The translations under genes were made by a program, and so were the position numbers. Below are positions 1-8,870 of a DNA stretch of 64,000 nt, piece after piece. The notes beneath the pieces were generated by a model. It saw only the letters and a list, made by a program, of their open reading frames with translations. It was not told the origin of the DNA and made no database searches. Origin of the DNA: Thermoanaerobaculia bacterium (lineage in GTDB: Bacteria; Acidobacteriota; Thermoanaerobaculia; Gp7-AA8). Positions within the stretch are counted from its first letter, which is position 1, and every line of letters starts with the position of its first letter. The stretch spans positions 3,595-67,594 of the forward strand of contig JADGNZ010000033.1 in the NCBI GenBank assembly GCA_017883205.1, in the 5' to 3' direction.

Positions 1-1991
1 TTCGCCACCTTCACCGCCTTCCCTTCATCCATCACCTTGAATGCGTTCTCGGCCAGGTCGTTGATCGGGCGGCCATTGCGCATCACGGTCGTCGGCAGCT
101 CGACGAGGTGGACGTTCACCTCTTCCATGAACTGCGGCGTGTTGATCATCACGAGATCTTCGACAGGAGGCTGCGGATCGTCTTTCAGTTGTGCGACGGC
201 GCGGATGTAGCCGACACCCTCCTGCGCCGGAATCTCGATCGTCTGCACGTATGGCGGGCCGTAGAGCGAGGCCATCTTCGTCTCGTTCAGGAAGAGGTCG
301 ACGTGATCGAGCTTCTTCCCCTCGGGCACGTTGACTCCCATCTCCACGCGCGTCCGGCCGTGCAGTTTGAAGGCGACACGCGGCGAGATGATGCGCACGC
401 GGAACGGGTCGTTGCCGGTGTTGAGCATCAGCTCGTCGCCGGTGATCGGCTCGCCCTTGTCGTTGATGGCCACGGCACGCACGCGGCGCACCTGAGGCAC
501 GGTGCCGAAGTCGAGATCGAGCGTGTACGGCGGCTGGCGCTTCGTCATCACCTTCTTGCCGTCGAGGTAAAACTCCACGCCCTTGATGTCGTCGCCGAAT
601 GCGATTGTGTCGATGTGCTGGATGCCGCTGAGAAGATCGTCCGTGAGCGGCACGATGCGCAACCGGGTACTGGTCGTCTCGATGTCGTCCTTGAGCTGCG
701 AGAGCGCCGCGGTCGCGCTCTCTTTCGCTTTCTGCTGTTCGGGCGTGTCGAAGATTTCCGGCACGGTGATGCGCTTCTCGACGATGGCCTCCGCGCCGGA
801 GTTGATGTCCTGCACGCGGACGCGGGCCACGTAATCGGCAGGCCGGAGGAAGCGGTCGATGACGATGGCCACCTTGTCGTTTTTCAGGTCGCCCGGGTAA
901 TCGAAACGATAGCGATAGTTCTCGAAGAGCTGATCGTCCTTAAGCACCTCGCCGGTGACGTCGAGGCTGTAGAGCTTCGAGTTGTTGACATCCTTTCGCG
1001 TGAGTTGCGCGAGCGGGACCATGATCGTGATCTCGGTATCGGTGCGGCTGCCCTGCTTGGCTGGGAACTGGACCGCGACCTCGTGCGTGAGCTTCGGCGC
1101 GTTCGGATTCGCCAGCACTACAGACCGCAGGATCTTGTGTACATCCTCTTCGTTGACCTGCGGAGGCTCGAAGACTCGCTGGATATCCCATTTGTTCAAC
1201 TGTGCCTGCGTGACCGCCCGCAGATACTCGTCGCCGTCCCTGCATTGAAGCTCAACGTTGCTCACGCCGGCGCCCAGACCGGCCGGACCAAAGACGCGGC
1301 TCGTGGCGGCGTCGCCGGTCATGTCCATCCCGATCTCGTCCTGGGATATGAGCTGTTTGATCATGTCGGGATCGATGGGGGAGAAGAGCTTGAAGTCGAT
1401 GCCGTTGCGTGCCTGGAAGAAGAGAAAACGTACGTCGTGACCCATCTCCGGTAGGAACGCGTACTTCCAGATCTCGGCAGGCTGCAGCAGGCGGCAGTCG
1501 ATCTTGATGCGGTCGGTCGGCGCGCCGTGGATCAGATAGATGCGGCTGCGATCGGACGAGACATTCTTGAACTCTTCCTTCGCGGTCTCGAGCCGTTCGT
1601 AATAGTCGTCGCGGAAGCTGTGATTGGTCGTGCCGTTGACGGTGTCGCGCCTGCGCCAGAACTCGGTGACGTAGATCTCGCGCTGCGGGTCGGTCTCGAG
1701 GATGAGAAAGGTATCGAGCTCCGTCGGATTCATGATCGGCTCGACATCGGTGAGAAACTGGCGGAACTTCTCCGAGAGGTTCTTGATGCGGTCCTTGCGC
1801 TCGCGGCGGGAGAGTTTGCGGACGCCGAGGTCAGGCGCTTGTTTCGCGGGCGCGGCTGCGGAGGCTTGAGGCGGCGGGGTCTGCGCGGCGGGCGCCGGAG
1901 CGGGCGGATCGTTCGTCTGTTGTGCGGCGTTGAGTACGGCAGTCAGGTTGACCAGTACGAGCAAAACTGCACACCAGGGCATCTTCCTCAT
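1..1991 (-). CDS. GWxTD-domain / Ig-like / VWA-domain secreted protein (3' end outside window)
   Basis: Not in the ORF track (no stop in window). Hand translation of parts of the frame from ATG 1991: MRKMPWCAVLLVLVNLTAVLNAA signal peptide, Pro/Ala linker, then ELDTFLILETDPQREIYVTEFWRRRD...SDRSRIYLIHGAPTD (GWxTD-like). The same frame at the window edge reads VNVHLVELPTTVMRNGRPINDLAENAFKVMDEG, typical of the start of acidobacterial VWA domains. Confidence 0.8.
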   Translation of the reverse strand, partial: MRKMPWCAVLLVLVNLTAVLNAAQQTNDPPAPAPAAQTPPPQASAAAPAKQAPDLGVRKLSRRERKDRIKNLSEKFRQFLTDVEPIMNPTELDTFLILETDPQREIYVTEFWRRRDTVNGTTNHSFRDDYYERLETAKEEFKNVSSDRSRIYLIHGAPTDRIKIDCRLLQPAEIWKYAFLPEMGHDVRFLFFQARNGIDFKLFSPIDPDMIKQLISQDEIGMDMTGDAATSRVFGPAGLGAGVSNVELQCRDGDEYLRAVTQAQLNKWDIQRVFEPPQVNEEDVHKILRSVVLANPNAPKLTHEVAVQFPAKQGSRTDTEITIMVPLAQLTRKDVNNSKLYSLDVTGEVLKDDQLFENYRYRFDYPGDLKNDKVAIVIDRFLRPADYVARVRVQDINSGAEAIVEKRITVPEIFDTPEQQKAKESATAALSQLKDDIETTSTRLRIVPLTDDLLSGIQHIDTIAFGDDIKGVEFYLDGKKVMTKRQPPYTLDLDFGTVPQVRRVRAVAINDKGEPITGDELMLNTGNDPFRVRIISPRVAFKLHGRTRVEMGVNVPEGKKLDHVDLFLNETKMASLYGPPYVQTIEIPAQEGVGYIRAVAQLKDDPQPPVEDLVMINTPQFMEEVNVHLVELPTTVMRNGRPINDLAENAFKVMDEGKAVKVA

Positions 1992-2031
1992 CACGGGACC
2001 TCGGGATACCAACGACAATAGGACGACTCTC

Positions 2032-3165
2032 ATGCGCATCTACCTCGACAACAACGCAACCACACCGCTCGATCCGGCCGTGCTGGAAGCGGTTGAAACC
2101 TCACTGCGTGATGTCTTTGGCAATGCATCGAGCATTCACAAAGAAGGCCAGACAGCGCGCCGCGGCATTGAGGATGCTCGCGAGTCGGTGGCGCGCCTGA
2201 TCGCTGCCGAAGCGCGAGACGTCATCTTTACGAGCGGCGGCACCGAGTCTAACAACGCCGCGATCTTTGGGGCGGCAGGGCATGACGGTCGTCATCACAT
2301 TGTCACAACAGCGATCGAGCACCCATCTGTGCTCGAGCCTGTTTCGGAATTGGAACGGCGCGGTCACAGCGTGACGATCGTGCCGCCGTCGCGCAACGGT
2401 GTCGTCGACGCGAATGCCGTCATCGATGCACTGCGGCCGGAGACGCGTCTCGTGGCGATGATGCTCGCGAACAACGAGACCGGCGTCATCCAGCCGGTCG
2501 CCGATGTCGCGCGCGTCTGCCGCGAGCGATCGATTCATTTTCACTGCGATGCTGTGCAGGGCGCAGGCAAGATCGCGGTCGACGTGAGCGAGCTCGGAGT
2601 GGACACGCTCGCGCTCTCCGCGCACAAGCTGCATGCGCCGAAAGGCATCGGTGCGCTCTACGTTCGCCGCGGTCTCTCGCTCGACCGGCACATCCTCGGC
2701 GGCGCGCAGGAACGCCGGCGGCGAGCAGGAACGGAGAATGTGCCGCTGGCCGTCGCCTTCGGTGTCGCCGCGGACCTCGCCCGCAAGCCATCAGACGTTG
2801 GCGCGTTACGCGACGCATTGGAGAGCGACCTACGCGCTTCCGGTTGCTCGATCGCCATCAACGGCGCCGACGCTCCACGCATCCCGAATACCAGCAGCGT
2901 GACGTTCCGCGGTGCCGACGGCGAAGGAATCGTCATCGGCCTCGACCTCAACGGCGTCGCGGTATCGACCGGCTCCGCCTGCTCCTCCGGCCGCGTCGAG
3001 CCAAGCCACGTCCTCCTGGCCATGGGCCTCACCCCCGACGAAGCGCGAAGCACCGTCCGCTTCTCGCTGAGCCGCTTCACGACACGCGATGAGATCGCGC
3101 AGACCGTGGCGATTCTGCGGGAGGTAGTGCCGAGGTGCATGAAGGGGGTCGGGAGTCGGGAGTAG
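2032..3165 (+). CDS. iscS: Cysteine desulfurase (IscS/NifS family, PLP-dependent)
   Basis: IYLDNNATT, FTSGGTESNN, HCDAVQ, SAHKLHAPKGIG (PLP Lys), STGSACSSG (catalytic Cys). Start moved to ATG 2032. Confidence 0.92.
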   Translation: MRIYLDNNATTPLDPAVLEAVETSLRDVFGNASSIHKEGQTARRGIEDARESVARLIAAEARDVIFTSGGTESNNAAIFGAAGHDGRHHIVTTAIEHPSVLEPVSELERRGHSVTIVPPSRNGVVDANAVIDALRPETRLVAMMLANNETGVIQPVADVARVCRERSIHFHCDAVQGAGKIAVDVSELGVDTLALSAHKLHAPKGIGALYVRRGLSLDRHILGGAQERRRRAGTENVPLAVAFGVAADLARKPSDVGALRDALESDLRASGCSIAINGADAPRIPNTSSVTFRGADGEGIVIGLDLNGVAVSTGSACSSGRVEPSHVLLAMGLTPDEARSTVRFSLSRFTTRDEIAQTVAILREVVPRCMKGVGSRE

Positions 3166-3240
3166 GGGGTCGGAGAGGTTATTCGCCCAGATCCGGCAAT
3201 CCAGGCCAGCTCCGACCCCCGACCCCCGAAACGCGACTCC
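3146..3240. repeat. Heptamer-based inverted repeat pair (GGGAGTC/GGGGGTC ... CGACCCC)
   Basis: ggggtcgggagtcgggagtagggggtcggag followed by ctccgacccccgacccccg; the same family recurs near 10.25, 42.75, 43.75, 44.4 and 51.4 kb. Confidence 0.7.
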
Positions 3241-3299
3241 TCGACAACGAATATCCCTTGCCCGAGCCCGGTTTGTCTGAGACAGTTAACTCGGTCCTG

Positions 3300-4445
3300 A
3301 TGCAGGAAAACCAAATTCTTACGGGCGATCTCTCGCGCATTCAGTTGCCGGACGTGCTCAGCTTCCTCTCCATGATCCGCGGATCAGGCAAGCTGTTGCT
3401 GCGCAAGCCTCCGATGGAGCGTTCGATCCACTGGAAAGACGGCGAGATCGTCTTCGCCTCCTCCAACTCTCCCGAGCACTCCCTCGGTATGTTCCTGCTG
3501 CGCAACGGCAAAATCACCCAGGCGCAGTACGACGAGTCGAAGCGGCGCGTGACCGCGCAAATGCGTCACGGCAAACTGCTCGTGCAGATGGGAGCAATCT
3601 CGCCGAAGGATCTCTGGTGGGGCGTCAAGAATCAGGCCCTGGAGATCATCTACTCGCTCTTCAGTTGGAAGGAGGGCGTCTTCGTTTTCGGCGACACGCA
3701 GGATGAGCTGTTGAACGAGCGGATCGTGCTCTCGATCAATACCGCCACCGTCATCATGGAAGGCATCCGCCGCCTCGACGAGACCGCGATGATCCGCGAG
3801 AAGATCACCAGCCTGGACATGGTCTTCGTCAAGGAGCAGGGCGCAGTTCCGGACTTCGCGTCGCTGGAGCTGAGCGATCACGAAGTCGCGCTTTACAACG
3901 CCATCGACGGCAAGCAGAACATCCGCGCGCTGATCAGCCGTTCCGAGATGACCGAGTTCGAAGTCACGCGCATCCTCTTCCAGCTCCTTTCGGCGCGCCT
4001 CATCGAGGTGTCGTCCGAGGAGAAGTCGTTCCGCCCGGTCTTCCTCGATGTCGAAGACTCGCCGGAACTGCTGAAGGTGATCTCCACCTACAACGACATG
4101 TTCGGCCGTCTCTACGAAGCGCTCCTCGGCGCGGTAGGCGAGGAGACAGCGCGCGACATCGTCATGACGGCGATGCAGAACGCCGAGAGCGATGAGCTCT
4201 GGAGCGGCGTCTTCTTCGATCAGTACGGCCGTTTCGACGAGAACATGTTGATCGCCAACATCTCCGAGCTTCCCTTCGAGCGCCGCAAGGCCGTGCTCGA
4301 CGAAGGCCTGAACACGCTCCTCTCCGTCCAGCTCTTCGAAGTCTCGCAACACCTCGACTCCGCCGGCAAAGTCGACGTCTTCCGCTTCATCAGCGATCAG
4401 AAGGCGTCGCTGGAATCGGCGTTCGCGGCGCGGAGCCTCTCCTGA
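3300..4445 (+). CDS. DUF4388 (PatA-N-like) domain protein
   Basis: LTGDLSRIQLPDVLSFLSMIRGSGKL...GEIVFASSN...LGMFLLRNGKIT...LFSWKEGVFVF pattern. Start placed at ATG 3300 because the upstream part of the ORF is repeat sequence. Confidence 0.75.
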   Translation: MQENQILTGDLSRIQLPDVLSFLSMIRGSGKLLLRKPPMERSIHWKDGEIVFASSNSPEHSLGMFLLRNGKITQAQYDESKRRVTAQMRHGKLLVQMGAISPKDLWWGVKNQALEIIYSLFSWKEGVFVFGDTQDELLNERIVLSINTATVIMEGIRRLDETAMIREKITSLDMVFVKEQGAVPDFASLELSDHEVALYNAIDGKQNIRALISRSEMTEFEVTRILFQLLSARLIEVSSEEKSFRPVFLDVEDSPELLKVISTYNDMFGRLYEALLGAVGEETARDIVMTAMQNAESDELWSGVFFDQYGRFDENMLIANISELPFERRKAVLDEGLNTLLSVQLFEVSQHLDSAGKVDVFRFISDQKASLESAFAARSLS

Positions 4446-4527
4446 CGTCGAGCGTAGCGAGCCTCAGATACTTGTTGCTCCGACACCCGACCCCCGACTC
4501 GCGACACCCGCGATAGACTCCACTCAC

Positions 4528-5328
4528 ATGTATCCGACTCTCATCAAAATCGGCTCATTCGAGATCACGACCTTCGGCCTGATGATGTTCGCCGCCTTCA
4601 TCGTCGGCGGCTGGGTGCTGACGCGCCAGTTCCGCCGCTACGGTCTGACCGACGATGCCGCGTCCTCCATGGTCATGGCCGCCGCCCTCGGCGGAATTGC
4701 CGGCGCCAAGATCTACTACGCGATCCTCTTCCACGACTGGCACCTCCTGTTCGACCGCGCCGGCCTGGTCTGGTACGGCGGCATGATCGGCGGCTTCCTC
4801 GGCTGCGCCGGCTATCTCTTCGCGAAAAAGATCGACTTCCTGACCGCCGCCGACGCCGCCGCCCCCGGCATGGCCATCGGCTACGCCCTCGGCCGCATCG
4901 GCTGCTTCCTGGTCGGCGACGACTACGGCCGCCCGACCAATTCCTGGATCGGCATCGCCTTCCCCAAAGGCTCTCCGCCCACCACCGCCGAGGCGTTGCG
5001 CCAGTTCGGCGTCCGCGTCGACCCTGCGATCCCACCCGATCAGATCCTGCGCGTCCACCCCACGCAGCTCTACGAGTCCGCCGCCGCCTTCGTGATGTTC
5101 GCGATCCTGATGGCCGTCTCCCGGCGTTCGTACTCGAGAGGCCGCATCTTCGGCCTGTTCCTGATTCTCATGGGCATCGAGCGTTTTCTCGTGGAAATCG
5201 TTCGAGCGAAGGATGACCGGTTCCTCGGCCCGTTTACGATCGCGCAGTTGATCAGTGTGATCATTCTGTTGATTGGAAGCGTCCTCATCCTGAACCGTAG
5301 CGCAGCGAAGGTTCAGGATCTCCGGTGA
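4528..5328 (+). CDS. lgt: Prolipoprotein diacylglyceryl transferase
   Basis: MYPTLIKIG, GLVWYGG, GRIGCFLVGDDYGRPT, HPTQLYES, ERFLVE motifs; multiple TM segments. Confidence 0.93.
   Translation: MYPTLIKIGSFEITTFGLMMFAAFIVGGWVLTRQFRRYGLTDDAASSMVMAAALGGIAGAKIYYAILFHDWHLLFDRAGLVWYGGMIGGFLGCAGYLFAKKIDFLTAADAAAPGMAIGYALGRIGCFLVGDDYGRPTNSWIGIAFPKGSPPTTAEALRQFGVRVDPAIPPDQILRVHPTQLYESAAAFVMFAILMAVSRRSYSRGRIFGLFLILMGIERFLVEIVRAKDDRFLGPFTIAQLISVIILLIGSVLILNRSAAKVQDLR
5287..5322. repeat. REP-like palindrome left of GIY-YIG gene
   Basis: atcctgaacc-loop-ggttcaggatctc hairpin, inverted relative to the copy at 5659-5687; overlaps the lgt 3' end. Confidence 0.55.
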
Positions 5329-5338
5329 CACCGCGCGG

Positions 5339-5641
5339 ATGGATGCCTATGTCTACATCCTGAGCAACAAGAGCCATCGCCTGTACATTGGCGCGACGAC
5401 GGACTTAGCTCGACGTGTTGCCGAGCACCGAAACAAGAAGTACGCCACGGCGTTTACCGCGCGCTATCACTTTGATCGTCTTGTCTACTACGAAGTTTTA
5501 CCGGACTTTGCCGCAGCCCTGGAACGGGAGCGGGCCATGAAGCAGTGGCATCGCGCCCGAAAAGTGGCGTTGATCCAGGCGGAGAATCCGAACTGGCTCG
5601 ACCTCACGCCGCGGTTGACTGACCTGTCGTTCTTGCGATGA
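5339..5641 (+). CDS. Small GIY-YIG nuclease family protein (UPF0213-like)
   Basis: YVYILSNKSHRLYIGATTDLARRVAEH...FTARY...LVYYE...ALERE...K...RARKVALI...NPNW. Confidence 0.88.
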   Translation: MDAYVYILSNKSHRLYIGATTDLARRVAEHRNKKYATAFTARYHFDRLVYYEVLPDFAAALERERAMKQWHRARKVALIQAENPNWLDLTPRLTDLSFLR

Positions 5642-5658
5642 TCGGCGCGGTATGACCA

Positions 5659-5687
5659 GAGATCCTGACGCGCTTCGCCGTCAGGAT
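5659..5687. repeat. REP-like palindrome right of GIY-YIG gene (possible bidirectional terminator)
   Basis: gagatcctgacg-cgcttcgc-cgtcaggat hairpin between convergent genes. Confidence 0.55.
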
Positions 5688-6859
5688 TAATACTCTCCTA
5701 CGCGTGCCACATACCCTTCAAAATTCCCCCTCATCTCCCCTAACGAATCCCCCCCAAACTTCTCGCGCATCGCATCGGCGAGCGCGATCGCCAGCATCGC
5801 TTCGCAGACGACGCCGCAGGCGGGGACGGCGGTGACGTCGCTTCGTTCCCATTGGGAGCGGTGGGGCTCGTGCGTTTCGATGTCGACTGAGGGGAGACCG
5901 CGGCGGAGGGTGGAGATCGGCTTCATGTAGGCGCGCACGACGACGTCCTGTCCGTTGGTGACGCCTCCTTCGAGGCCGCCGGCTCGGTTTGAGGTGCGGT
6001 GGTAGCGATGTTCTTCGTCGAAGTAAATCGGATCGTGAACCTCGGAACCAACGCGTTGCGCGGCAGCGACTCCGTCACCGATGGCGACCGCTTTGACCGC
6101 GTGGATGGAGAGGATGGCCTGGGCGATGCGGCCGTCGAGTTTCTCGTTCCACTGCACGTAGGAGCCGAGGCCGATGGGGACGTTGTGGGCGGCGGCGACG
6201 ATCGTGCCGCCGAGGGTCTCGCCAGCCTCGCGTGCTTTATCGACCTCGGCCACCATCGCGGCTTCGGCATCGCGATCGACTGCGCGCATCGGCGAGTCGT
6301 CGTCGACGGCGCCGAGGTCGTCCCAGGTTGTTGCGCGGTCGGGGTCGCCGGCGGGACCGATGGAGACGACTCCTGAGCGAAGCTCGATGCCGAACGCTCG
6401 CAGCAATTCTTTGGCGATCGCGCCGGCCGCGACGCGCGAGGCGGTCTCGCGGGCGGAGGCGCGCTCGAGGACGTCGCGCAGATCACGGCGGTCGTACTTC
6501 ATGCCGCCGATCAAATCGACGTGGCCGGGGCGCGGCGCATGGACGCGGCGTTTGTGAGCTTCGTTAGCGTCGACTTCCCATACACCCATCGCCGCTTCCC
6601 AGTTCTTGAAGTCGGCATTACGAATGCTGATTGCGATCGGCGAGCCGAGCGTTTCGCCGCCGCGGACGCCGCCGACGATCTCGATCTCATCGTGCTCGAT
6701 CTTCATCCGTCCGCCGCGGCCGTATCCATGCTGGCGGCGGGCAAGATCGCGGTTGATGCGCTCGCGGTCGAGGCGCACTCCGGCCGGGACGCCGGTGACG
6801 ATGACGGTAAGTTGCGGTCCATGCGACTCGCCGGCGGAGAGGAAGGTGAAGTGCGACAT
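5687..6859 (-). CDS. aroC: Chorismate synthase
   Basis: FLSAGESHG, RRQHGYGRGGRM, PRPGHVDL, ERASARETA, NRAGGLEGGVTNG, MKPISTL, ERSDV. True start is MSHFTF at 6859. Confidence 0.95.
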   Translation of the reverse strand: MSHFTFLSAGESHGPQLTVIVTGVPAGVRLDRERINRDLARRQHGYGRGGRMKIEHDEIEIVGGVRGGETLGSPIAISIRNADFKNWEAAMGVWEVDANEAHKRRVHAPRPGHVDLIGGMKYDRRDLRDVLERASARETASRVAAGAIAKELLRAFGIELRSGVVSIGPAGDPDRATTWDDLGAVDDDSPMRAVDRDAEAAMVAEVDKAREAGETLGGTIVAAAHNVPIGLGSYVQWNEKLDGRIAQAILSIHAVKAVAIGDGVAAAQRVGSEVHDPIYFDEEHRYHRTSNRAGGLEGGVTNGQDVVVRAYMKPISTLRRGLPSVDIETHEPHRSQWERSDVTAVPACGVVCEAMLAIALADAMREKFGGDSLGEMRGNFEGYVARVGEY

Positions 6860-6870
6860 CGTGCGGAAGT

Positions 6871-7428
6871 CTAGTAGATGCCGGGAATCAGCTGCTTCGA
6901 GCGCCGCATGTAATCGCGATAACGGTCGCCGAAGTGCTCGATCAGCGCCGACTCCTCGACGAAGATGCGGTAGGAGAAGCCGGCGATCGTCGCGGCCGCG
7001 ATGATGGCCACGCTGAGCCAGTTGCGGAAGGCGAAGCCGAGCCCGATGAACGAGAGGAGCGAGCCGGTGTACGCGGGATGGCGAATGACGCCGTAGAGCC
7101 CGCGATCGACGAGCTCGTGACCCTCGCGGATGGAGACGTCGACCGTGAAGTAGCGCCACAGCGTGACGATGGCGATCGCGCGAATGATGATGCCGGTCAC
7201 GATGAGTGCCATGCCAACCCAGAACAAAGCGCCTCCCATGCGTGTCGGCGGATACCGTTGCACCATCGACCCGGCAAACACGGCGATGGTGATGCCTCCC
7301 CACAGCAGCGCCAACGATCCGCGATCGCGACGCGAAGCATTGCCGCGAGCATGTTTGAGGACCATGACCACCAACTCCGAGGCGACCCAGAGGGCGGAGA
7401 CGATGGCGAGGAGAGAGCTGTGACGCAT
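6871..7428 (-). CDS. Isoprenylcysteine carboxyl methyltransferase family (ICMT/Ste14-like) membrane protein
   Basis: Hydrophobic protein with HELVDRGLYGVIRHPAYTG and RIFVEESAL...FGDRYRDY...LIPGIY. Confidence 0.85.
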   Translation of the reverse strand: MRHSSLLAIVSALWVASELVVMVLKHARGNASRRDRGSLALLWGGITIAVFAGSMVQRYPPTRMGGALFWVGMALIVTGIIIRAIAIVTLWRYFTVDVSIREGHELVDRGLYGVIRHPAYTGSLLSFIGLGFAFRNWLSVAIIAAATIAGFSYRIFVEESALIEHFGDRYRDYMRRSKQLIPGIY

Positions 7429-7464
7429 GAGTGAATGGTACGGCGCTTGGGTGTTGGATGTTGC

Positions 7465-7542
7465 ATCCGCAGATGACGCAGACGTACGCAGATTGGGGTC
7501 GCTTCCATGTCTTATCGGTGTACATCTGCGTCATCTGCGGAT
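7465..7542. repeat. ATCCGCAGATGACGCAGA-type inverted repeat
   Basis: atccgcagatgacgcagacgtacgcagat ... atctgcgtcatctgcggat; second copy at 27814-27875. Confidence 0.75.
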
Positions 7543-7572
7543 AAATGGTCCCCTCTGCTAACCTCATCCGCG

Positions 7573-8703
7573 ATGGACAAGTCCACACTCCGCGGCCTCT
7601 TCCCCGTCACAAAGAACGTCGTCTACTTCAACCATGCCGCGGTCGGCCCGCTTTCGGTTCGCGCGTACGAGGCGATGGAACGGCACGCGCGCGATCAGCG
7701 TGACTTCGGCGCGCTGCACTGGCGCGACTGGTATGCCGAATATGTTCTTTTTCGCAACGCCGCCGCGCAGTTGATCGGCGCGGAGCCGGGCGAGATCGCC
7801 ATCCTCAAGAACACCTCGGAGGGCCTGTCATTCGTTGCCGAGGGTTTCCGATGGGAGCGGGGAGACAACGTCGTCACCACCGACCTCGAGTTCCCATCCA
7901 ACTCCACACCGTGGAGAAAACTTGACAGGCGAGGGGTGGAAACGCGCGTCGTGCGGAGTCACGATGGCGCGTTCACGGTCGATGATGTCGAGCAACACAT
8001 CGATGAACGAACGCGCATCGTCAGCGTTTCGTCGGTGGCGTTTCACAACGGCTTCGCCGCGGACCTCGACGCCATCGGCGCGTTGTGCGCGCGGCGCGGC
8101 GTGCTCTTTTGCGTGGACGCCATCCAATCGATCGGCGTCCTTCCGATGGACGTGCGCCGCTCGAACATCGCCTTTCTCGCCGCGGACGGCCACAAGTGGA
8201 TGTGCGGCGCCGAGGGGGCGGCGATCTTCTTCGTGGCGGCGGAACATCGAGACAAACTCGAAGTGCTCGAGAACGGCTGGACGAACATCGAGCGAAAGGG
8301 GAAGTTCATCGACTGTCCGATCGATCTCCTGCCGGACGCGCGTCGCTTCGAGGCCGGATCACTCAACACGAACGGTATCTACGGCTTGCGCGCGGCGATC
8401 GACCTGCTGCTCGAGATCGGAATCAACGACATCGCCGAAGAGAGCACGCGCATCGCCGCGCTGCTCGCCGAACGACTCGACGCCATCGGCTGGCAGGTTG
8501 CGTCACCGCGTCCGATCCGCTCCGCAATCGTCGGCGCCTTGCCGCCATCGTCCGAACCGTCGCTGCTCAAATGGCACCGCTTGCTGGAAGAGCACGGCGT
8601 CGTCTCCGCCCCACGCGAAGGGATGCTGCGCTTCGCCCCTCATTTCTACAACGATGAGCAAGAGGTGGAGCGCGTGATCGCGGTTTTGAAAACGATTGTT
8701 TGA
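7573..8703 (+). CDS. Class V PLP-dependent aminotransferase / C-S lyase-like enzyme
   Basis: YFNHAAVGP, KNTSEG, EFPSN, VDAIQS, DGHKWMCGAEG, RFEAGS, LRFAPHFYN; no IscS/SufS catalytic Cys loop seen. Confidence 0.85.
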   Translation: MDKSTLRGLFPVTKNVVYFNHAAVGPLSVRAYEAMERHARDQRDFGALHWRDWYAEYVLFRNAAAQLIGAEPGEIAILKNTSEGLSFVAEGFRWERGDNVVTTDLEFPSNSTPWRKLDRRGVETRVVRSHDGAFTVDDVEQHIDERTRIVSVSSVAFHNGFAADLDAIGALCARRGVLFCVDAIQSIGVLPMDVRRSNIAFLAADGHKWMCGAEGAAIFFVAAEHRDKLEVLENGWTNIERKGKFIDCPIDLLPDARRFEAGSLNTNGIYGLRAAIDLLLEIGINDIAEESTRIAALLAERLDAIGWQVASPRPIRSAIVGALPPSSEPSLLKWHRLLEEHGVVSAPREGMLRFAPHFYNDEQEVERVIAVLKTIV

Positions 8704-8768
8704 ACCACAGAGACACAAAGGACACAGAGTTGGAGTCGCATTCTCTGTGCTCTCTGCGTCTCTGTGGT
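8704..8768. repeat. CACAGAG-type inverted repeat
   Basis: accacagagacacaaaggacacagag ... ctctgtgctctctgcgtctctgtggt; related copies near 26051-26107, 38289-38351 and 56844-56882. Confidence 0.7.
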
Positions 8769-8870
8769 GATGCCTTTACGACTCTACAAATCGGAGAGTC
8801 GCCGCACCCTCTTCCATAGGCACAGCCCAACCCGCTTGACCCTCCCGCACCAACCGCGCATCATCCCTTC

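Noticed and set aside
108-2021. + strand ORFs of 448 and 164 aa
   Set aside because: Antisense shadows of the - strand GWxTD/VWA gene, typical of high-GC DNA; no motifs.
6860-7588. 633-aa ORF suggesting an N-terminally extended AroC
   Set aside because: The extension overlaps the ICMT-family gene in another frame and a repeat; AroC homology starts at 6859.
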